Assembly (NCBI GenBank): GCA_963844915.1
Contig: CAWJQF010000008.1
Coordinates: 107,476-171,475 of the forward strand
Source of the DNA: an uncultured Acidimicrobiia bacterium
Lineage (GTDB): Bacteria; Actinomycetota; Acidimicrobiia; Acidimicrobiales; Ilumatobacteraceae
DNA: 64,000 nt
Direction of reading: 5' to 3'
The translations under genes were made by a program, and so were the position numbers. Of the stretch, positions 58,845 to 64,000 are shown one piece after another (the first letter of the stretch is position 1; every line of letters begins with the position of its first letter). The notes below the pieces were generated by a model that saw nothing but the letters and a program-made list of their open reading frames with translations, ran no database searches and was not told the origin of the DNA.

Positions 58845-59641
58845 TGGCCCGTGTGTTGGTGACCAACGATGACGGGGTCGACAGCCCCGGGATCATGGCG
58901 CTCGCCGCCGTCGCCGCCGGCGCCGGCCACGACGTGGTCATCGCGGCGCCGAGCTGGGACAGCAGTGGTGCCAGCGCGTCCCTGACCGCAGCATTGGCAG
59001 ACGGCCGGCTGATCCTCGACCGGCGGAGCGACGACGCGTTGCCCGACGTCAAGATCTTCGCCGTCGAAGCCGCGCCTGCGTTCATCGTGCGGGCTGCGAT
59101 GACCGGAGCGTTCGGCCCACCACCCGATGTCGTGCTGTCGGGCATCAACATCGGGCCGAACACCGGACATGCGGCGCTGCATTCGGGCACGGTGGGGGCC
59201 GCGCTGACGGGCTCGACGACGGGTGCTCGCGTGGCCGCGTTCTCGATCGGAGTCGGCAGCCCCATCCACTGGGAGACCGCAACAGGGGTTGCCGAGCAAT
59301 TGCTGGCGTCGATCGTCGACGGCGAAGGGCAGCTCGTCCTCAACGTCAACGTGCCCAACGTCGCGCCGCAGGATCTGACGGGGATGCGGGCAGCCCACCT
59401 GGCCACCGTCGGCGCCGTGCAGGCCGTGCTGACGGAGACCGGCGAGGGCTACGTCAAGTTGGGCTACGAGGCGCCCGGAGGCGAGCTCGAGCCCGGCACC
59501 GACGTTGCCGTGCTCGCCGATGGCGCAGCGAGTGTCACGGCCCTGCGCGCCGTCTGCGAGGCGGCGGACGTCGACGTCGAAGGGATGCTGGAAGCCCTCA
59601 CAGCGTATCGCCACCTGAGCACACGACGGCGACATGATTGA
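58841..59641 (+). CDS. surE: 5'/3'-nucleotidase SurE
   Basis: ARVLVTNDDGVDSPGI, SGINIGPNTG, HSGTVGAA. The start overlaps the pfkB stop. Confidence 0.88.
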   Translation: MMARVLVTNDDGVDSPGIMALAAVAAGAGHDVVIAAPSWDSSGASASLTAALADGRLILDRRSDDALPDVKIFAVEAAPAFIVRAAMTGAFGPPPDVVLSGINIGPNTGHAALHSGTVGAALTGSTTGARVAAFSIGVGSPIHWETATGVAEQLLASIVDGEGQLVLNVNVPNVAPQDLTGMRAAHLATVGAVQAVLTETGEGYVKLGYEAPGGELEPGTDVAVLADGAASVTALRAVCEAADVDVEGMLEALTAYRHLSTRRRHD

Positions 59642-59644
59642 CGC

Positions 59645-62203
59645 GTGATCTCCGCGGACGCGGCCACGTCGGACCGACCGGTGGTCAAGCGCGGGACGCT
59701 GCGCATCTACCTCGGGGCCGCGCCCGGCGTCGGCAAGACGTACGCCATGCTCAACGAGGGTCGCCGGCGCCAGGCGCGAGGAACCGACGTCGTCGTGGGC
59801 CTCGTCGAGACCCACGGGCGAGCCCGCACGGCCGAGCAGGTCGGCGACCTCGAAGTCGTGCCGCGGCGGACCGTCGAACACCGCGGCTCCACGTTCACCG
59901 AGATGGACACCGACGCGCTCCTGCGCCGGCACCCGCAGGTCGTGCTCGTCGACGAACTGGCACACACCAACGCGCCCGGGTCGCGCCACGCCAAGCGCTG
60001 GGAGGACATCCACGAGTTGTTGGCCGCTGGCATCGGCGTCATCTCGACCGTCAACATCCAGCACCTCGAATCGCTGAACGACGTGGTGGAGGGCATCACC
60101 GGCGTCCAGCAGCGGGAGACCATGCCGGATGAGGTCGTGCGAGCGGCAGACCAGATCGAGCTGGTCGACATGGATCCGGACGCGCTGCGCCGCCGGCTGG
60201 CCCACGGGAACGTGTACGCCGCGGACCGCATCGACGCCGCCCTCGCCAACTACTTCCGCCCCGGCAACCTGACCGCGCTGCGTGAGTTGGCGCTGCTCTG
60301 GGTCGCCGATCGCGTCGACGACGAGCTCGCCGACTACCGCGCCCGCCACGGGATCTCGCGACCGTGGGAGACCCGCGAGCGAGTCGTCGTCGCGCTGTCC
60401 GGGGCGCCTGATGCCGACCACCTGCTGCGCAGGGCGTCGCGCATCGCCCAACGCGCCAAGGGCGACCTGATCGGCGTGCACGTCGTATCCGACAGCGGCC
60501 TGACGAGCGACGGACCCGCAGTCGACGTGGCCGCGCAGCGGCGCTTGCTCGACGAGTTGGGTGGCGAATACCGCAAGGTCGTGGCGAGCGACGTCGCTGG
60601 TGCGCTGGTCGAGCTGGCGCGGGCCGAGAACGCGACGCAGATCGTGCTCGGGGCCAGCGCCAGATCGCGCTGGAACGAGCTGCTGCACGGTTCCGTCATC
60701 AACGGAGTCGTGAGACGCTCCGGTCCAATCGACGTCCACATCATCTCGCCGCCCGTGGGCGAGGACGAGGCGCTCCGGCTCCCTGCGATGCGGCGAGTTC
60801 TCACGCCGCTGCCCCCGCGCCGCCAGCTCGCTGGTTGGCTGATCGCCGCACTCGGACTCCCGGTGATCACCCTGGCGTTGGTGTGGGCCCGCGACAGCGT
60901 CGGCCTGACGACCGTCCTCCTGCTGTACCTGGTGCTGGCCATGGTCGTCGCCTTGGTCGGCGGCGTGTTCCCGGCAGCCGTCGCGGTCGTCGGCGGGTTC
61001 CTGCTCGCCAACTGGTTCTTCGCACCGCCGTACGGTCAGCTCGACATCGCCCACGCCGAGAACGCGCTGGCCCTCAGCGTCTACGTCCTCGCCGCCGGCA
61101 TCGTCGCCGTGCTCGTCGACCGCATCGGCCGCAGCCGCCTCCAGGCGGCGCGGGCGCAGGCCGAGGCCGAGACGTTGGCCGCGCTCGTCGGAACGCTCTC
61201 TCGGCCGGGCGCGTCGCGCGTCATGCTCGACGAGCTGCGCACGACGTTCGGGCTGCGTGGCGTGTCGCTGCTCCTCGACGACGGAGGTCGCTGGCGGGTG
61301 CTGCTCTCGTCGGGTGCGCCCGTCGACGATCCGACCCGTGCCACGTGGAGCCGCGAGCTCGGCGACGGTGTCACACTGGCCCTCGATGGCGAACCGGCGT
61401 CCGCCGATCTACGAGTGCTCGATGCCTTCGCCACGCAAGTCGCCGCCGCAGCGGAGCGAGATCGACTCCGCGCCGAGGCCGCCAAGGCCGACGATCTGGC
61501 CGCCGCGAACGCATTACGGGCATCGCTGCTGCAGGCGGTGTCCCACGACCTGCGCACGCCGCTGGCGTCCATCAAGGCCTCGATCTCCAGCCTCCGCCAA
61601 CGCGACGTCGAGTGGCCCCCGGACGCCGTCGCGGAGTTCGAGGAGACGATCGAGTCGGAGACCGATCGTTTGACCGTCCTCATCGACAACTTGCTCGACA
61701 TGAGCCGCCTGCAAGCATCGACGGTGAGCGTCAGCCGGCGACCGACCGGCGTCGAGGAGGTCGTGCTGTCGGCTGTCGCCAGCCTCGGTGCTGCGGGCCG
61801 CGCCGTCGACGTCGACGTCGCTCCCGGTCTCGCGGTGTCCGCAGATCCGGCGCTGCTCGAACGGTCGTTGGCCAACGTCATCGCCAACGCCGTGCGATTC
61901 GAGCCGGCGGATCGCGACGTCCGGGTGACCGCCGGGCCGGTGCGGCGCGATGAGCGCCGACTGATCGACGTGCGCGTGATCGACCACGGGCCGGGAATCC
62001 GATCGGCCGATCGCGAGCGGGTCTTCCAGCCGTTCCAGCGCGTCGTGGATCACCATCAGGACGGTTCGGGTGTCGGGCTCGGCCTCGCCATCGCCCGAGG
62101 GTTCGTGGAGGCGATGGGCGGCGAGGTGGCGATCGAGGACACTCCAGGAGGCGGAACGACGATGGTGCTCAGCCTGGACGAGGACCCGGGCGTTCAGCCA
62201 TGA
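59645..62203 (+). CDS. kdpD: sensor histidine kinase KdpD
   Basis: KdpD N-domain (LRIYLGAAPGVGKTYAML, VNIQHLESLNDVV), a Usp-like domain, 4 TM helices, a GAF-like region, the H box (SHDLRTPLASI) and HATPase_c. Confidence 0.93.
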   Translation: MISADAATSDRPVVKRGTLRIYLGAAPGVGKTYAMLNEGRRRQARGTDVVVGLVETHGRARTAEQVGDLEVVPRRTVEHRGSTFTEMDTDALLRRHPQVVLVDELAHTNAPGSRHAKRWEDIHELLAAGIGVISTVNIQHLESLNDVVEGITGVQQRETMPDEVVRAADQIELVDMDPDALRRRLAHGNVYAADRIDAALANYFRPGNLTALRELALLWVADRVDDELADYRARHGISRPWETRERVVVALSGAPDADHLLRRASRIAQRAKGDLIGVHVVSDSGLTSDGPAVDVAAQRRLLDELGGEYRKVVASDVAGALVELARAENATQIVLGASARSRWNELLHGSVINGVVRRSGPIDVHIISPPVGEDEALRLPAMRRVLTPLPPRRQLAGWLIAALGLPVITLALVWARDSVGLTTVLLLYLVLAMVVALVGGVFPAAVAVVGGFLLANWFFAPPYGQLDIAHAENALALSVYVLAAGIVAVLVDRIGRSRLQAARAQAEAETLAALVGTLSRPGASRVMLDELRTTFGLRGVSLLLDDGGRWRVLLSSGAPVDDPTRATWSRELGDGVTLALDGEPASADLRVLDAFATQVAAAAERDRLRAEAAKADDLAAANALRASLLQAVSHDLRTPLASIKASISSLRQRDVEWPPDAVAEFEETIESETDRLTVLIDNLLDMSRLQASTVSVSRRPTGVEEVVLSAVASLGAAGRAVDVDVAPGLAVSADPALLERSLANVIANAVRFEPADRDVRVTAGPVRRDERRLIDVRVIDHGPGIRSADRERVFQPFQRVVDHHQDGSGVGLGLAIARGFVEAMGGEVAIEDTPGGGTTMVLSLDEDPGVQP

Positions 62204-62877
62204 CCCGAGTGCTGGTCGTCGACGACGAGGCACCCATCCGGCGCGCCCTGTCGGCCAACCTGCGGGCGCGCGGCTACGACGTCGACGTGGCGGCCACCGG
62301 TGAGCAGGCGCTCGATCTGGCGGCGCACCACCACCCGGACCTCGTGCTGCTCGACCTCGGCCTCCCGGGGATGGACGGGCGCGAGGTGATCGATGGCCTG
62401 CGCGGTTGGTCGGCGGTGCCGATCGTCGTGCTGTCCGCTCGCGGGTCCGAGCGGGACAAGGTCGATGCGCTCGACGCCGGCGCCGACGACTACCTCTCGA
62501 AGCCGTTCGGCATGGACGAGTTGCTGGCCCGTGTGCGGGCGGCGTTGCGGCGCGCCACACCCGCGGAAGAAGCGGCGATCGTCACGACGGAGCACTTCAC
62601 GATCGACCTCGCCGACAAGCGGGTGTCGAACCTGGACGGCACGCCGATCCGCCTGACACCCACCGAGTGGCACCTCCTGGAGGTGCTCGTCCGCCACGCC
62701 GACAAGCTCGTCGGCCAACGCCAGCTTCTGCAAGATGTGTGGGGGCCGCAGTACGGCGACGAGAGCAACTATCTGCGGGTCCATCTCGCCCATCTGCGGG
62801 CCAAGCTCGAACCCGACCGGTCGCATCCCCGCTACTTGATCACGGAGCCCGGCATGGGCTACCGCTTCGTGCCCTGA
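62200..62877 (+). CDS. kdpE: response regulator KdpE
   Basis: OmpR family (VLVVDDE, LVLLDLGLP, LSKPF; LTPTEWHLLEVLVRH, PGMGYRF). It has an ATGA overlap with kdpD. Confidence 0.92.
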   Translation: MTRVLVVDDEAPIRRALSANLRARGYDVDVAATGEQALDLAAHHHPDLVLLDLGLPGMDGREVIDGLRGWSAVPIVVLSARGSERDKVDALDAGADDYLSKPFGMDELLARVRAALRRATPAEEAAIVTTEHFTIDLADKRVSNLDGTPIRLTPTEWHLLEVLVRHADKLVGQRQLLQDVWGPQYGDESNYLRVHLAHLRAKLEPDRSHPRYLITEPGMGYRFVP

Positions 62878-62888
62878 GTGAGCTGCTC

Positions 62889-64000
62889 GTGGCACTGACT
62901 CGCCGGACGTTCATCGGTTCGGGCCTCGCTGCCGCCGGAGCTGCGGCGTGCCGCGATGGCGAGACTGCTGGCCCTCGTGCTGATGATCGTGATGCCCAGC
63001 CGTTCGACCCCGACGACTGGGAGAGCGTGCGGTCACAGTTCGAGCTGACCCCCGACGTCGCCCACTTCGCGGCGTTCGTGCTGGCCGCCCATCCGCGACC
63101 CGTCGCTGCGGCGATCGCCGAGCACCGCGCCGGGCTCGACATGGACACGCACGCCTACCTCGGCAGTCACCAGGGTGAGCTCGACGCGGCGGTCCCGGCG
63201 GCCGCCGCGGAGTACCTCGGCGCGGCGCCCGAAGAGATCGCGTTGACGGACAGCACGACGATGGGGCTGGGCCTGGTGTACGGCGGCGTCGTCCTGCGGC
63301 CGGATCAACATGTGCTCACGACCGAGCACGACTTCTACGCCACGCACGAGGCGCTGCGGCTGCGCGCCGAGCGCACCGGGGCGAGCGTCGAGCAGGTCCC
63401 GCTCTATGACGACCCGGCCACGACATCCGAGGATGAGGTGGTCGGCCGGCTCGTCGACGCGATCACCGCGTCGACGCGAGTCGTCGCCGTCACGTGGGTC
63501 CACTCGGGGACGGGCGTCAAGCTGCCGATCGCGGCGATGGCCGCGGCGCTCGCAGAGCTCAACCGGGAGCGCGATGACGCAGACCGCGCCCTGTTGTGTG
63601 TCGATGGTGTCCACGGATTGGGTGTGGAGGACGTCTCGGTCCAAGAGCTCGGTGCCGACTTCCTCGTCGCCGGCACGCACAAGTGGCTGTTCGGGCCGCG
63701 CGGCACCGGGATCATCTGGGGCCGGGCCGATGCGTGGCCGGCGGTCCAGTCGACGATCCCGACGTTCGCCGGGGCCAGCTTCGAGCGGTACCTCTCCGGG
63801 AGCGCCGTGTCGACGTTGACGCCCGGTGCTGCGAACACGCCGGGCGGCTACCACTCCTTCGAGCACCGGTGGGCGTTGGCGGAGGCGTTCGGGTTCCAGC
63901 GGGCCATCGGGCGGCCACGAGTTGCCGAGCGAACGCATGCCCAGGCAACCCAGCTCAAGGAGGGGCTGACCGAGCTGCGCGGCGTGCGAGTGGTCACACC
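62889..64000 (+). CDS. class V aminotransferase-fold PLP enzyme with twin-arginine signal (runs off the right edge)
   Basis: Absent from the ORF track because it is open-ended. GTG at 62889 gives VALTRRTFIGSGLAAAGAAAC..., then DSTTMGL, THKWLFGPRGTG (PLP lysine), with no stop to 64000 and high GC3. Confidence 0.72.
   Translation, partial: MALTRRTFIGSGLAAAGAAACRDGETAGPRADDRDAQPFDPDDWESVRSQFELTPDVAHFAAFVLAAHPRPVAAAIAEHRAGLDMDTHAYLGSHQGELDAAVPAAAAEYLGAAPEEIALTDSTTMGLGLVYGGVVLRPDQHVLTTEHDFYATHEALRLRAERTGASVEQVPLYDDPATTSEDEVVGRLVDAITASTRVVAVTWVHSGTGVKLPIAAMAAALAELNRERDDADRALLCVDGVHGLGVEDVSVQELGADFLVAGTHKWLFGPRGTGIIWGRADAWPAVQSTIPTFAGASFERYLSGSAVSTLTPGAANTPGGYHSFEHRWALAEAFGFQRAIGRPRVAERTHAQATQLKEGLTELRGVRVVT

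Noticed and set aside
58571-61054. 827-aa minus-strand ORF
   Set aside because: It is antisense to surE and kdpD, both of which have unambiguous motifs. This is a typical high-GC shadow ORF.

Overview
By eye this is a high-GC actinobacterial chromosomal segment. Supporting signs are F420/LLM and PPOX-type enzymes, a mycothiol-type DinB protein, a PAC2 protein, and an hrcA-dnaJ-rsmE arrangement without dnaK/grpE. I did not compute GC content and ran no database search. All product calls come from motifs I recognise in the supplied translations.

About 65 protein genes, one tRNA-Val(GAC), and several short tandem repeats, hairpins and palindromes are supported. The backbone order is the widely conserved housekeeping one: comEA, comEC, holA, rpsT, lepA, hrcA, dnaJ, rsmE, hemW. 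The rest is metabolic and regulatory:
- FAAL, a deacetylase-family enzyme, and leuS
- an ABC-2 exporter
- a three-gene two-component module facing an HtrA protease
- a GT1 glycosyltransferase, msrB, and a FUSC-type membrane protein
- a DEAD-box helicase fused to a cold-shock domain
- a LigD polymerase domain
- LLM oxidoreductases and an arginase-family enzyme
- pfkB-surE-kdpD-kdpE

No CRISPR array, transposase, integrase or recognisable defence system is present, and I cannot point to a clearly novel multi-gene system.

The points most worth a second look:
1. A six-gene islet of small regulators, a chaperone and unknowns sits between comEC and holA. Its two divergent promoter regions share a TTTCTAGAAA palindrome.
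2. Single-nucleotide frame breaks are unusually frequent in otherwise well-conserved genes: SARP regulator, secreted Ig-like protein, ComEC, ABC ATPase, HtrA, HNH/DUF222, and an alpha/beta hydrolase. Most behave as one extra base at a short G/C run. This looks more like assembly indel error than biology, but it changes the annotation. It produces a false ATPase-permease fusion and a false 400-nt ComEC tail.
3. The HemW-like radical-SAM gene has Ser in place of the third cluster cysteine.
4. A non-triplet heptamer repeat lies next to a gene remnant.
5. kdpDE lacks kdpFABC and is packed behind pfkB and surE.

Many long ORF-track entries are antisense shadows of real genes and were rejected.
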